The translations under genes and the position numbers were made by a program. Of a stretch of 32,636 nt of DNA, positions 8,351-18,294 are shown piece after piece. Every line of letters begins with the position of its first letter. Positions within the stretch are counted from its first letter, which is position 1. The notes under the pieces are model-generated. The model searched no databases. It saw only the letters and a list, made by a program, of their open reading frames with translations, and was not told the DNA's origin. This stretch comes from Puniceicoccales bacterium (lineage in GTDB: Bacteria > Verrucomicrobiota > Verrucomicrobiia > Opitutales > LL51): NCBI GenBank assembly GCA_031267435.1, contig JAIRZB010000019.1:1-32636 (forward strand), read 5' to 3'.

Positions 8351-8634
8351 ACGTTAAATCGTAGGTTGGATTGGCATTTGAGATCATTTCGTCCCGCTCA
8401 TAATCTTGCTTTGTTTTGTTGTCATCAATTTGGGATAAGGCATGGGTTCCATCATTTTTGGTGGTCCAATATCCTTCTTTCACTCCCTAGGAAGGGAGAC
8501 TCTCGTTTAGGTAATAACTGGTTTTCTGCGTAATGTCGTTGTTGTAAGGATAGTTATGCCGAACGGTTGAGGTATGTGTTTAGGTAGATTGGCGATTGAC
8601 ATCTTTTTTTAAGCGTTAATGAAGGGAATCGGAT

Positions 8635-9096
8635 ATGTTTATTTGTAAATCAAGGATTTTGATCGAATATCTAGGGAAGTTTCTGTTGTTAGAGCGGCAA
8701 TTTGGTGATCGGTCAATGTTTATTTTACCCGGTGGAAAAGTTGAGCCTTTCGATGAGACACAGAGTGAGGTGGTTCGCCTACTTAACAATGATGGTGCGG
8801 AGCGCAATTACGATGATGTTTTGCTTAATACTATTCGCCGCGAAGTCTATGAAGAGTTGAAAATTAATCTGCCTCACGTTATTGATTATTTTTGTAGCAG
8901 CTTCTTTATTAATACGCAGGAAGAACAGGTTATTGATGTTGTGTTTTATACGGAGTTGCAAGAACGTCCAGAGATTATTGTGGACGGTACCGAAGTTGAG
9001 TCTTTTGTCTGGATGGATCAAAAGGAGATATTGAACTCGGGCCAGGTCCATGACTGGCTCAAGAAAGCTCTAAAAATCTTTGATCGCGTCGATTGA
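8635..9096 (+). CDS. Nudix-family protein with an atypical (interrupted) Nudix box
   Basis: LPGGKVEPFDET...[~22 aa]...IRREVYEELKI resembles the Nudix box G-x5-E-x7-REUxEExGU. It has an insertion between the two halves and K in place of the final G. Confidence 0.65.
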   Translation: MFICKSRILIEYLGKFLLLERQFGDRSMFILPGGKVEPFDETQSEVVRLLNNDGAERNYDDVLLNTIRREVYEELKINLPHVIDYFCSSFFINTQEEQVIDVVFYTELQERPEIIVDGTEVESFVWMDQKEILNSGQVHDWLKKALKIFDRVD

Positions 9097-9151
9097 TATT
9101 ATTCTTTTGTATTCTTTCGACGAATGAAGCAAATAGCTGATGAGTTAGTTT

Positions 9152-9622
9152 TTAGATACAAATATCTTTTTTTAGTGTGTCGTCGAAATTTTGTATCCGA
9201 TCAAAAAGCATGGGGTCGTTATTTTCTTCTTTAATTTCAATAAAATCCTTGTCTTCTTGGTCTCCTCGGAAATCTATGTAATAGGCATGTGCCTTAATTG
9301 TTTCCAAGCTCTCTGATAGAAGATTGTGTAGTTGTGAAGATTTTTCTTGCGGCGAAATATCGCAATCAATAAAAATAGCTTTTTCTTCCCTAAAAAGTTT
9401 GCACTGTTCGGTTATTATTTTTGCCATTTCTTCAATGTTCATATTGCAAAGTGGAAAAATGCTTTTAAACTGGCAAGATTCTGGCAGAAGGTTTGTCTCT
9501 TTTTCGCTTTCATTGCAAATAACAAAAACAACTTCAAAGACGAAGTTGGCACTCATTTCTCGATTACTATCACGGGCGATGGAAGCTTCTGTAACTAAAA
9601 AGTACGTCATCTCATCCTTCAT
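9152..9622 (-). CDS. Hypothetical acidic cytoplasmic protein (156 aa)
   Basis: ORF track entry only. No motif recognised. It is convergent with the Nudix gene. Confidence 0.45.
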   Translation of the reverse strand: MKDEMTYFLVTEASIARDSNREMSANFVFEVVFVICNESEKETNLLPESCQFKSIFPLCNMNIEEMAKIITEQCKLFREEKAIFIDCDISPQEKSSQLHNLLSESLETIKAHAYYIDFRGDQEDKDFIEIKEENNDPMLFDRIQNFDDTLKKDICI

Positions 9623-9747
9623 ATGCTTTATAACTTTATGTTTTTATATGATATGTACAGATAAAAGTGTTGGTTGCGGGACTTTTCGTAAAAACGGTTT
9701 ATTTTTTGCTGGTATTGTTGTTTTTAGAAAGTTTGACTATATTTTCC

Positions 9748-9776
9748 TTGACAGGTAGATTCAATTCAAATAGAGT
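9748..9776 (+). promoter_or_regulatory. Sigma70-like promoter candidate for the first OMP gene
   Basis: TTGACA (9748-9753), a 17-nt spacer, then TAGAGT (9771-9776), located ~70 nt upstream of ATG 9849. Confidence 0.4.
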
Positions 9777-9848
9777 ATAAACAGTATCGGAGTCGTTGCG
9801 CCCAGGCGAGAGTGGGAGCACTGTTCTTTGGTTGAAAAGGAATACAAG

Positions 9849-10877
9849 ATGAAAAAGTTATTAACAATTACAAGTAGTTTGTTGGTTGCAGGGAGAATGT
9901 TCGCTGAATTCTCAACGCATGCGCTGACAGTTGATTCTAAGATTGAATTTAATACGGCTCGCGTAAGCGAGGGACGTCGACTGGGGGATCATAATTTTGC
10001 GCCCAGTGTTGAAGTAGGGGTTCCTGCGTTAGGTGTTGGTGAATTTTATGTTGGCATCGATGGTTATTTGATTTTTGATCAGCAAAAAACCGCAAGGGAG
10101 CTGTCTCATAGTAAGACAGATGCTAAGGGACGGGATGAAGTTGCTCCCTATGTTGGCTTTTCCTATGATGTAAGTGATATGTTTACCATTGATCTCGGGT
10201 ATACCTATCACCACTATAGCGATAAAGATGCCTGGATTACGGAAGTCGCTGGTCGGCCATTTAAGTTGTTCGACGGGGATGGTAAAATTAAGGTTCCGGC
10301 CGGTGAGGATGAGGATGCGAAAAGTATGTCGGTGGAAGAATTTAATGGGGGTGAGAAGAAGGATGAACTATGGGGGCAATCGGGTGATAATCTTGGGGCT
10401 AAGCGTAGGGGGCATGAGATTTTTGTTGGAGGAATGATCGATGTGCTATTAAGCCCTGCGGTTTATTTTGCCTATGATTTTAGTCAGAAGAAAGCTAATA
10501 TCGAGGGGACACTCAGTTATACCCTTGATTTAGGGTCCGTTGGTGCTAATGGTTTTGCGATTGATTTAGGCTCAAAGGTTGGTTATAGTCGCGTTAATAA
10601 GCCCTACGGAATCAGTCGCACCACCCAAGTTGCTTTTGCGAGGTATGATAATGATGGTAATATCGCTGGGGTGCAGTCTGGTGGTTTGTTTGATAAGAAA
10701 GGTTGGGGGTACATTGGCGCTAATGCCGATTTGGTATATGCTTTGAATGAGCATACGAAGGCGCGTGCCGGTGTTGGTCTTTCTTTGAATAATGCTGGGA
10801 AAAATTCATGGATAAACGATTTTAATTTTAAAAAACATAATGTTTGGTTTTCGTCCGCCGTGGAGTTTTCCTTTTAG
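9849..10877 (+). CDS. Outer-membrane beta-barrel (porin-like) protein, paralog 1
   Basis: The ORF track starts at TTG 9828. ATG 9849 follows aaggaa and yields MKKLLTITSSLLVAGRMFA (signal peptide). The body shows alternating beta-strand patterning and the C-terminus is ...VWFSSAVEFSF (terminal Phe OMP signature). The family name is unknown to me and it could be TorF/Gcw_chp-like. Confidence 0.75.
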   Translation: MKKLLTITSSLLVAGRMFAEFSTHALTVDSKIEFNTARVSEGRRLGDHNFAPSVEVGVPALGVGEFYVGIDGYLIFDQQKTARELSHSKTDAKGRDEVAPYVGFSYDVSDMFTIDLGYTYHHYSDKDAWITEVAGRPFKLFDGDGKIKVPAGEDEDAKSMSVEEFNGGEKKDELWGQSGDNLGAKRRGHEIFVGGMIDVLLSPAVYFAYDFSQKKANIEGTLSYTLDLGSVGANGFAIDLGSKVGYSRVNKPYGISRTTQVAFARYDNDGNIAGVQSGGLFDKKGWGYIGANADLVYALNEHTKARAGVGLSLNNAGKNSWINDFNFKKHNVWFSSAVEFSF

Positions 10878-10924
10878 GAGCGTGTGCGAGTTGGGTGATG
10901 CTTGGGGAGGGCGTTTGGTTTGAT

Positions 10925-10946
10925 GAGGGCAGATTGCCCTCTTTTT
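10925..10946 (+). terminator. Rho-independent terminator after OMP paralog 1
   Basis: gagggca-gat-tgccctc forms a 7-bp stem followed by tttttgtattttt. Confidence 0.7.
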
Positions 10947-11022
10947 GTATTTTTGTGTTATATTTTCTTGACGAGCGGTGGTCTGTGTTTATGGCTGTCA
11001 TATTTGTAAAGTGATGTGCAAG

Positions 11023-12003
11023 ATGAAAAATTTATTAATCGTTGTTGGTGGTATATTGGTTTCGGGATATGTCTGCGGTGGATTCCAGATGCCTACTTTA
11101 AGTGTGGATTCTAAGATTGAATTTAATACGGCTTCAATCAGTCGTGGGCGTTATTCGATGGGGAAGAATGTGGTGCCTAATCTGATTGTTGGTATTCCTG
11201 TTTCCGATTCCAGTAAGCTATCGCTTGGCGTTGAGGGGACTTTTAAGACGGATAGCGCAGCCCCCGGCGGCAATGATGTTTTATTTTTAATTGAGTTTCG
11301 CCATGATCTAACGGATTTATTTGCCATTACTTTTGGTTATAGCTATGATTACGGTGTCGAAAAGAATTGTAGTGTTCCTTCGGTCAATAACAGAGCGTTT
11401 GCTCTCGTCAATGGTGATGGGAATTTCATTCTGGACTCCAACGGTAACGATGCGGGTGGCCATGATGATGCTACGTTTCTTGCGAAGGATGAGGATGCCG
11501 TGCGTAAAAGTGTTCAGGCAAAGCGTTTTTATCATGAAGTTTCCGTGGGGTTGAGTGCTAATGTGCTATTGCATCCCGGAGTGTATTGTAAGTATGATTT
11601 CACTCAGGGCAGGGTAAATCTGGGTAGTCGTATCGGACATACTATTAATTTACATGGATTGGAGGCATCCGGTCTTTCTATCAGATTAGGTGCCGAGTTA
11701 GGATATGTTCATGTTAAGAAGCCTAACGGTATCGCCGGTACGACGCCTGTTATTTTTGAGACTCTGGGTGCGGATGGGGCACACAATGGTGTCGAAGATT
11801 ATATCAGTAACTTGTACGGTAGGGAAAATTGGACCTATGTCGGCAGTAATGCGGATTTGGTTTACTTTTTTAATGAGCACGCGAAGGCTCGCGTTGGCGC
11901 TGCGGTTATTTGTAATAGTGCGGCAAATAATTCTTGGGTTAATGCGAATAACGGGAAAAAACATAAGGTATGGTTTTCGTCGGCCGTAGAATTTGCATTC
12001 TAA
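11023..12003 (+). CDS. Outer-membrane beta-barrel (porin-like) protein, paralog 2
   Basis: The ORF track starts at GTG 10978. ATG 11023 gives MKNLLIVVGGILVSGYV (signal peptide). It shares LxVDSKIEFNTA near the N-terminus and KKHxVWFSSAVEFxF at the C-terminus with paralog 1. Confidence 0.75.
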   Translation: MKNLLIVVGGILVSGYVCGGFQMPTLSVDSKIEFNTASISRGRYSMGKNVVPNLIVGIPVSDSSKLSLGVEGTFKTDSAAPGGNDVLFLIEFRHDLTDLFAITFGYSYDYGVEKNCSVPSVNNRAFALVNGDGNFILDSNGNDAGGHDDATFLAKDEDAVRKSVQAKRFYHEVSVGLSANVLLHPGVYCKYDFTQGRVNLGSRIGHTINLHGLEASGLSIRLGAELGYVHVKKPNGIAGTTPVIFETLGADGAHNGVEDYISNLYGRENWTYVGSNADLVYFFNEHAKARVGAAVICNSAANNSWVNANNGKKHKVWFSSAVEFAF

Positions 12004-12139
12004 ATGGATAATTTAGACGGAAGAATGGGATTAGATGCGACGAAAATAAAAGTTTTTTTGTTATTTTGCCTAGCAGTTTAGAGGGTGAGAACATTTTTTC
12101 TTGCATATTTCGGGTTAATTCGCAATCTGGGTAAACATT

Positions 12140-14665
12140 ATGGAGCCGCTTAATTTTACGCCAAGATCGCAGCAAGTTTTTGTATTAGCGCGGCAGGCGG
12201 CTGATCGTATGCACAATAATTATGTCGGGACGGAGCATATTCTCATAGGATTAGTCGAGTTGGGGCAAGGCATTGCCGTCAATGTGCTTAAAAAAATGGA
12301 TGTGACTTTGGAGGTTATTCGGGAAAAAGTTCAGAAGATACTCAAAGAACAACTGCGAGATTCTATTGCGCAAGCGTCTGTCCCTTTTATCGAGAATATG
12401 CCTTTTACTCCTCGAGTTAAAAAAGTGCTTCTTCTGGCCGCAAACGAAGCTCGTTCCTTGCAGCATCCCTATATCGGTACGGAGCATTTACTCCTTGGTA
12501 TTTTGAGGGAAGGCGAAGGGATTGCTGCAAAGATTCTTGAAAAATTGGGTGTTAATGTCGATCGTTGTCGCCAGGAAATTTTAGAGGAATTGGATCCTAA
12601 TTTTGCAAGTTCGCATGCAACGGAGGGTGATGCATTGGTATCTGAAGAATCATCTTTACCCGCGGAAGAAGGTCAGGTTACATCGATGCCAAAGTTGACC
12701 GCATTGCGTGCGTTTGGCCGAGATTTAACTGCGATTGCCAAGGAAAAAGAGCTGGATCCTGTGATCGGACGAACGAAGGAAATTGAGCGTGCGATCCAGG
12801 TCCTTTGTCGGAGAACAAAAAATAATCCGGCGTTGATCGGTGAGGCAGGGGTCGGTAAGACGGCCATTGTGGAGGGTTTGGCGCAAGCGATTGCCGACGA
12901 AAATGTTCCCGATGTGTTGATCGGTAAGAAAATTATTGCTCTCGATTTGGCATTGATGGTTGCCGGAACGAAGTATCGCGGGCAATTTGAGGAGCGTCTT
13001 AAGGCTGTAATGGATGAGATTAGGCGCTCAAAAAATATTATTTTGTTTTTGGATGAGTTGCATACCATTGTTGGTGCAGGGTCATCCGAGGGGGCGATGG
13101 ATGCCTCCAATATTTTAAAGCCAGCGCTATCGCGCGGAGAAATTCAGTGCATTGGCGCGACGACGTTGGTGGAGTATCGTAAAAATATTGAAAAGGATGC
13201 CGCGTTAGAACGGCGGTTTCAATCGATTCAGATCGAACCCCCTTCCAAGGCGGATGCTGTGAAAATATTAAATGGAATTAAAGAGCGTTACGAAGAATTT
13301 CACAGTGTTTCCTACTCAAGTGAGGTTATCGATTGGGCCGTTCAGTTGTCGGATCGTTACATTAGTGGGCGGTTTTTGCCCGATAAGGCGATTGATATTA
13401 TCGATGAGGTGGGGGCGCGAGCTCGTATCAATTCCATGAGTCGCCCATCGAAAATTGAAAAACTTTCTCAAAAAATTGAAAATATTTGTCGCGAAAAAGA
13501 AAAGGCGATTGCTGAGCAAAAGTTTGAGGAGGCTGCGAAATTTCGTGACGAAGAGAAGCAGTTACGGGAAGAACAGAATAAGGCTCTTAAGAAATGGCGT
13601 AATGATAAGAAATCAGTTTGTATTAATATTACAAAGGAGGATATTTGTAGGATTGTTTCCGATTGGACGAAGATTCCATTAACGCGCATAGAGCAAACGG
13701 AAAGTGAAAGACTATTGCATATCGGAGAAGAATTGCGTGGTGCAGTCATTGGGCAAGAGGATGCGACCGAGGTTATTGCACGCGCATTGCGGCGCTCACG
13801 TTCAGATTTAAAGGATCCTAAGCGCCCAATTGGTTCTTTTTTGTTCCTTGGTCCGACGGGGGTTGGAAAGACTCATCTCGCAAAGGTATTAGCGGAGAAA
13901 ATGTTTGGTAATACGGATGCGCTGGTTCAAGTTGATATGTCGGAGTATATGGAAAAGTTTGCTGTTTCCCGGATGATCGGTTCGCCTCCGGGGTATGTTG
14001 GCCACGAAGACGGCGGACAGCTGACTGAGACGATTCGTCGGAAACCCTATTCGGTGGTATTGTTTGATGAAGTAGAGAAAGCTCATCCCGATGTTTTGCA
14101 AATCTTACTGCAGGTTATGGATGAGGGCCATTTGACGGACAGTGTCGGCCGAAAGGTTGATTTCAGAAATACAATTTTAGTAATGACGTCGAATGTTGGC
14201 GCCGAAATGCTTCAAAAAAATGCTACGCTGGGTTTTTGTTCGGGAATTTCTGACGGATTTGAGCGGGCGAAGGAAAAAATTTTAGAAGAGGCGAAACAAA
14301 CATTTAAACCGGAATTCTTAAATCGATTGACAGACATTGTCGTATTTCGGTCTTTGGGGCATGATGAATTGGTCAAAATTGTCGATCTAGAATTCCGTAA
14401 AATCGATGAACGAATGAATGCCAAAAAAATTTCCGTTCGTTTGAGTGATGATGTCCGTGAGTTTTTGATTAAAAAAGGTTACGATGCAAGGTATGGTGCG
14501 CGTCCATTGCGTCGGGCTATGGAGCGTTATATTGAGGATTTTCTAGCGGAGGAGTTTTTGAAGGGTGTACTGTCGGAAGGTGCAATGGTTCAGCTAAACT
14601 TGGGTGAAAATGAGCAAGTTTTTCTTGAAAATACGGAAGTAAAAGCGAAGGAAATGAAGAAGTAG
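12140..14665 (+). CDS. clpC: ATP-dependent Clp protease ATP-binding subunit ClpC
   Basis: 841 aa. It has two Clp_N repeats ([22 protein letters not shown]), two Walker A motifs ([16 protein letters not shown]) and a UVR-like linker ([17 protein letters not shown]). Confidence 0.95.
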   Translation: MEPLNFTPRSQQVFVLARQAADRMHNNYVGTEHILIGLVELGQGIAVNVLKKMDVTLEVIREKVQKILKEQLRDSIAQASVPFIENMPFTPRVKKVLLLAANEARSLQHPYIGTEHLLLGILREGEGIAAKILEKLGVNVDRCRQEILEELDPNFASSHATEGDALVSEESSLPAEEGQVTSMPKLTALRAFGRDLTAIAKEKELDPVIGRTKEIERAIQVLCRRTKNNPALIGEAGVGKTAIVEGLAQAIADENVPDVLIGKKIIALDLALMVAGTKYRGQFEERLKAVMDEIRRSKNIILFLDELHTIVGAGSSEGAMDASNILKPALSRGEIQCIGATTLVEYRKNIEKDAALERRFQSIQIEPPSKADAVKILNGIKERYEEFHSVSYSSEVIDWAVQLSDRYISGRFLPDKAIDIIDEVGARARINSMSRPSKIEKLSQKIENICREKEKAIAEQKFEEAAKFRDEEKQLREEQNKALKKWRNDKKSVCINITKEDICRIVSDWTKIPLTRIEQTESERLLHIGEELRGAVIGQEDATEVIARALRRSRSDLKDPKRPIGSFLFLGPTGVGKTHLAKVLAEKMFGNTDALVQVDMSEYMEKFAVSRMIGSPPGYVGHEDGGQLTETIRRKPYSVVLFDEVEKAHPDVLQILLQVMDEGHLTDSVGRKVDFRNTILVMTSNVGAEMLQKNATLGFCSGISDGFERAKEKILEEAKQTFKPEFLNRLTDIVVFRSLGHDELVKIVDLEFRKIDERMNAKKISVRLSDDVREFLIKKGYDARYGARPLRRAMERYIEDFLAEEFLKGVLSEGAMVQLNLGENEQVFLENTEVKAKEMKK

Positions 14666-14701
14666 TATTTCCCAATGCATTTGTGTACGGTTTTTGGGAA
14701 A

Positions 14702-16036
14702 TTATTTCTTCTTTATTGTTATTGGTGGCTTCTCCTGGGAGATTGCGGATACGCTTTTGATGTGATGTGTTTTTTCTAAAATTAACCGTTTTGCCTCAAA
14801 GTGGCTTTCCAAAAGAGGGTGCTTTCTGTGAAGCATGGTTGATCCGGAGCTTTTAGGCTGCAATTTTTGCATTTTTTCCGAAGTTGATTGTTTCCCGTGA
14901 TCATTGTTCTTCGCTTGCCGTGTTTTTTTTAAATTTTCTTCGTATTTTTTTAGACCATTGATTAATCCTTGAACGATTTTTTCTTGGAAAGTTGGGTTGT
15001 TTAGCTTTGCGGCTTCCTCGTCGTTGCTAATAAATCCGAGTTCTATTAAAATTCCTGGGCATGGTAATTCTTTGAGTACGGCAAAGTTAGCTTTTTTTAC
15101 GCCGCGATTGGTGAGTTTGGTCTCCTTCTGTAGGGCGGAATTCATACAATATGCTAGGGGTATGTTCCATAGCGGCGAGATTTTCTGGGAGGAATTGTTT
15201 TTTATGTTTTCAAGAAGGCTATCTTTTGGGGTATATATATAACATTCCATTCCATGAGCCGATGCATTTTGTGCGGCATTTATATGGATACTTATAAAAA
15301 CGTCCGCATTTGCGGCATCTTTTGACCGATCTTTTAAGTTCTTATAGATATCGGTTTCCCGTGTCATTATCACGTTTTTTTGCTGTTTTATTAGGTGTTT
15401 TTGGAGTAATTGCGCTGTTTTTAATGTTAACGTTTTTTCTGAAATATTGAGACGTTGGTTGATTGCTCCCGAATCCTTGCCGCCGTGCCCTGCGTCGATG
15501 ACAACCGTTTTTAACTTTGGCGTTTCGCCTTGAATGAGATTCGTTGCTAGTAGCGGTATGAGGACTGACGAATAATCGGTGTAGCTAACGAAGATTTCTT
15601 TGTTGTTTAGTTTTGGTTTATTGATTAAATTAATCGGCACATCTTGATAAACTATATGGTCCTGTCTCGTATTAAACTGTACCGTTGCGCCACCTTTGGT
15701 CATCGTCGCCGACCCTTTCCCATTGTTTAATAGAATTTTGCTTTGCAGTGATTGGGCAATATCTTTCATGGAGAGATGGGTAATGCCATTAATGATTAAA
15801 AATGGGGTCGCGGAATCACTTTTGGGGGCCTGAGTAGCCGAGGATTTCTTCGTGGGAGTTTTTTTCGATAAATTTTTGTTTTTAGTCGAAGCTGTTTCCG
15901 TTGTTTTTGGGCGGGACAAAATCATTGCTCCAAGGAGAGTATTTAAAGATAGATGCAAAGTAAGCGAAAACCCAAGAAGAACGTTTCTTTTGTTATTCCC
16001 TATTGTGTTTTGTTTGTTCCATTTTTCCAGCATCAA
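14702..16036 (-). CDS. N-acetylmuramoyl-L-alanine amidase (Amidase_3 family) with an N-terminal membrane/signal segment and a basic C-terminal tail
   Basis: VVIDAGHGGKDSGAI ... FISIHINA ... ILIELGFISN are Amidase_3 hallmarks. The start ATG (16036-16034) overlaps the infC stop by 4 nt. Confidence 0.88.
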   Translation of the reverse strand: MMLEKWNKQNTIGNNKRNVLLGFSLTLHLSLNTLLGAMILSRPKTTETASTKNKNLSKKTPTKKSSATQAPKSDSATPFLIINGITHLSMKDIAQSLQSKILLNNGKGSATMTKGGATVQFNTRQDHIVYQDVPINLINKPKLNNKEIFVSYTDYSSVLIPLLATNLIQGETPKLKTVVIDAGHGGKDSGAINQRLNISEKTLTLKTAQLLQKHLIKQQKNVIMTRETDIYKNLKDRSKDAANADVFISIHINAAQNASAHGMECYIYTPKDSLLENIKNNSSQKISPLWNIPLAYCMNSALQKETKLTNRGVKKANFAVLKELPCPGILIELGFISNDEEAAKLNNPTFQEKIVQGLINGLKKYEENLKKTRQAKNNDHGKQSTSEKMQKLQPKSSGSTMLHRKHPLLESHFEAKRLILEKTHHIKSVSAISQEKPPITIKKK

Positions 16037-16644
16037 AGTATGGTATTCCTAATGCTTTCCTCGACGCCAGGCGCTTTGGGATTTTGTTTTTGTTTTAAGT
16101 TTTTTACGGGAGAATAGATTGCAACAATATTGCGTCCTACTAGTTTTGCTTCCATTTCTAGGGTTGCATAGCTAGCGAGATCTATTGTCATTTTTCGCAC
16201 TAGTTCGAAACCCAATTGCGTCTGATCTAATTCTCGTCCTTTAAAAAAGACTGAAATTTTTACCTTATTGCCATCGTTTAGAAATTCGGTAATATGGCGC
16301 AATTTGGTTGCATAGTCGTGTGCTTCCGTGCAGAAACGAAATTTTACTTCCTTTATTTTTGTTGCGGCTATTTTACTCGTCTTTTGTTTTTTCGTTGTTT
16401 CATATTGGTATTTGCCGAAATCAAGGATACGACAAACGGGGGGTGTTGCATTGGGACTGATTTCGATGAGATCGAGTCCCGCTCGACGGGCTTCCATTCG
16501 GGCTTCTTCAATCGGGACGACACCAATCATCTCTCCATTGGCACCGATCAGTCGAACTTCCTGGACCCGGATTCTGTCGTTGTACCGAACGAACGCTTCC
16601 CTTTGTCCTTTTGCGTAATTGCGTCTTGGTCGATTATTTGCCAT
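16033..16644 (-). CDS. infC: Translation initiation factor IF-3
   Basis: IRVQEVRLIGANGEMIGVVPIEEARMEARRAGLDLIEISPNATPPVCRILDFGKYQYE is a close match to IF-3 consensus. It is annotated with an ATG start preceded by aggat. Confidence 0.95.
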   Translation of the reverse strand: MANNRPRRNYAKGQREAFVRYNDRIRVQEVRLIGANGEMIGVVPIEEARMEARRAGLDLIEISPNATPPVCRILDFGKYQYETTKKQKTSKIAATKIKEVKFRFCTEAHDYATKLRHITEFLNDGNKVKISVFFKGRELDQTQLGFELVRKMTIDLASYATLEMEAKLVGRNIVAIYSPVKNLKQKQNPKAPGVEESIRNTIL

Positions 16645-16829
16645 TAATAGTATCCTATTTTTGATGCTACTGTGGAGATTAAAATGTGTTTTTCAATCCT
16701 TTTTAAGGTGTTTTTCGTTCGCAGCGCGATTCGATAGGGCGATCCTTGTTTTTAAACTAAATTCAGTGAATGGTTTATTCGCGGCTTGACAAATGTCGCG
16801 CGCTGAAAATGGTACGCCATATACGTGTT

Positions 16830-16905
16830 GGGGTTGTAGCTTAGGTGGTAGAGCGCGTCGTTCGCAACGACGAGGTCGTCGGTTCGAATCCGATCAACTC
16901 CACCA
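16830..16905 (+). tRNA. tRNA-Ala (anticodon CGC), CCA encoded
   Basis: Hand-folded 76-nt cloverleaf. The acceptor stem ggggttg/caactcc includes the G3:U70 Ala identity pair, the anticodon loop is ttCGCaa, the T-loop is ttcgaat, and the discriminator is A73 followed by CCA. Confidence 0.9.
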
Positions 16906-17079
16906 GTTTTATGTTTTATTTATTCGTTATCGTATTCGATTATTTCATTCGCTTCGTTTTCCGTTTAGTGGCGGTGCATCTCGAGGAGGGCGAGCGTTTT
17001 TTGTGTGTGGGGAGATCCGTGCCGAGCTTAGCCGTTGATTCAACTGTGTTCTGTTTTTTTAGGAAATCTGTGGAATATC

Positions 17080-17727
17080 ATGAATCCCTATTATCTAACG
17101 ACGATTCTTTTCGGTGACCTTTGCTTTAGGGAGTTGTTTGGGGGCCGAGTTTATGGCCAAGAAAATATTCCCATATCGGGGCCATTTATTGTCGCCTCTA
17201 ATCATCTCAGCCATCTCGATCCTCCATTTATTGGTGCCGTATTCCGCCGACGCGAATTGATGTTTCTCGCGCGGAAGACACTGTTTAAGTCGCGGTTTTG
17301 GAATTTTTTACTTTCGCGTATCAACGTTATTCCTGTCAATAAAGAAAATTCCGCGGATATCAGTGCGGTTCGGATAGCTCTTTCTTTGCTTAAAAGTGGG
17401 TTTGGAATTGCGATTTTTCTTGAAGGTACGCGATCGTTGGATGGTCATTTCGGTATGGCTCAACCGGGCATTGGATTTCTTGCCTGCAAAAGTCAGGTCC
17501 CCGTGCTACCTGTTCGTATTTTTGGTACCTATAAAATTTTGAAAAAATATTCAACCCTTCCTGATATTCGCCAAAGGTCGGAAATTGTCATTGGTAGGCC
17601 GTTATTTCCCGGGCAATACGATCTATTTCAATCGGAAAAAGAACGCTATTTGCTGACTGCAAATTATATTCTCGATCGGATTAAACAAATCCAGGAGCCG
17701 CATCGTAGGCTGTGCAGCATTTATTAG
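17080..17727 (+). CDS. plsC: 1-acyl-sn-glycerol-3-phosphate acyltransferase
   Basis: It has the NHLSHLD (HX4D) and FLEGTRS acyltransferase motifs. The ORF track starts at TTG 17035, but ATG 17080 (MNPYYL) is preferred. Confidence 0.85.
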   Translation: MNPYYLTTILFGDLCFRELFGGRVYGQENIPISGPFIVASNHLSHLDPPFIGAVFRRRELMFLARKTLFKSRFWNFLLSRINVIPVNKENSADISAVRIALSLLKSGFGIAIFLEGTRSLDGHFGMAQPGIGFLACKSQVPVLPVRIFGTYKILKKYSTLPDIRQRSEIVIGRPLFPGQYDLFQSEKERYLLTANYILDRIKQIQEPHRRLCSIY

Positions 17728-17748
17728 TTCCATCTAAGCAATGGGGGC

Positions 17749-18291
17749 TTGGAGAGTGGAGTGCTTCTGGCGCATTTTTGTAGTGCCTATGAGTATTGGG
17801 GGATTTTAATGGAGCCTGTATTGGGGCTTTTTTTTGAGTTTTTGTGTATTATTTGCGGTTATTTGCTTGCATTTTATTTGTATTTTTCAAACTGGGTTCC
17901 GTATCCGGTTGCAATGATAGCGAATAATTACATTGAATTTTGTACCCGATTTTATGAAAATCTATATCGGCGACGGTGTACCGATTTGTCAATCATTCAG
18001 ATCTTGAGTAATCTTTATGCGTCTCAGGGCGATAAGGAAGGTAGTTTTAAGATGGATCGTCGCCATGTACAGTTAGATCCGCTGAATCCAATTGCCCATT
18101 ACAATCTGGCCTGTGGTCTATCGCTACACGGTAAAACAAACGCAGCAATTGAATCTTTGGAAACGGCGGTCGTATTGGGATACAACGATTTACAATGGAT
18201 TTGTGACGACGTTGATTTGGATCCTATTCGGAAAAATGAAAAATTTAAGGCGCTTTTAGTAAATCATTTTTCGAGAATTTCATCAAAATAG
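17749..18291 (+). CDS. Hypothetical membrane-anchored protein with a TPR-like C-terminal region
   Basis: It has a hydrophobic segment (LGLFFEFLCIICGYLLAFYLYF) followed by HYNLACGLSLHGKTNAAIESLETAVVLGYND...LDPIRKNEKFKALL, which is TPR-like. The start is uncertain: TTG 17749 or ATG 17809. Confidence 0.5.
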   Translation: MESGVLLAHFCSAYEYWGILMEPVLGLFFEFLCIICGYLLAFYLYFSNWVPYPVAMIANNYIEFCTRFYENLYRRRCTDLSIIQILSNLYASQGDKEGSFKMDRRHVQLDPLNPIAHYNLACGLSLHGKTNAAIESLETAVVLGYNDLQWICDDVDLDPIRKNEKFKALLVNHFSRISSK

Positions 18292-18294
18292 AAT

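Noticed and set aside
8295-8483. 62-aa minus-strand ORF (GTG start)
   Set aside because: It is short and has no recognisable motif. Its C-terminal third is encoded by the GC-rich hairpin that appears to belong to the extragenic repeat family. Support is insufficient to call it a gene.
8596-8624. TTGACA box upstream of the Nudix gene as a promoter, and a similar TTGACA at 16786 before tRNA-Ala and at 30788 before the phosphorylase-family gene
   Set aside because: The -35 hexamers are perfect, but I could not find a convincing -10 element at 16-18 nt spacing. The best candidates are atgaag, atggta and taatag. I have therefore left them unannotated.
14667-14702. Possible bidirectional terminator between clpC and the amidase gene (9-bp stem atttcccaa/ttgggaaat)
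   Set aside because: The loop is 18 nt and the stem is AT-rich, so the structure is too weak to call by eye.
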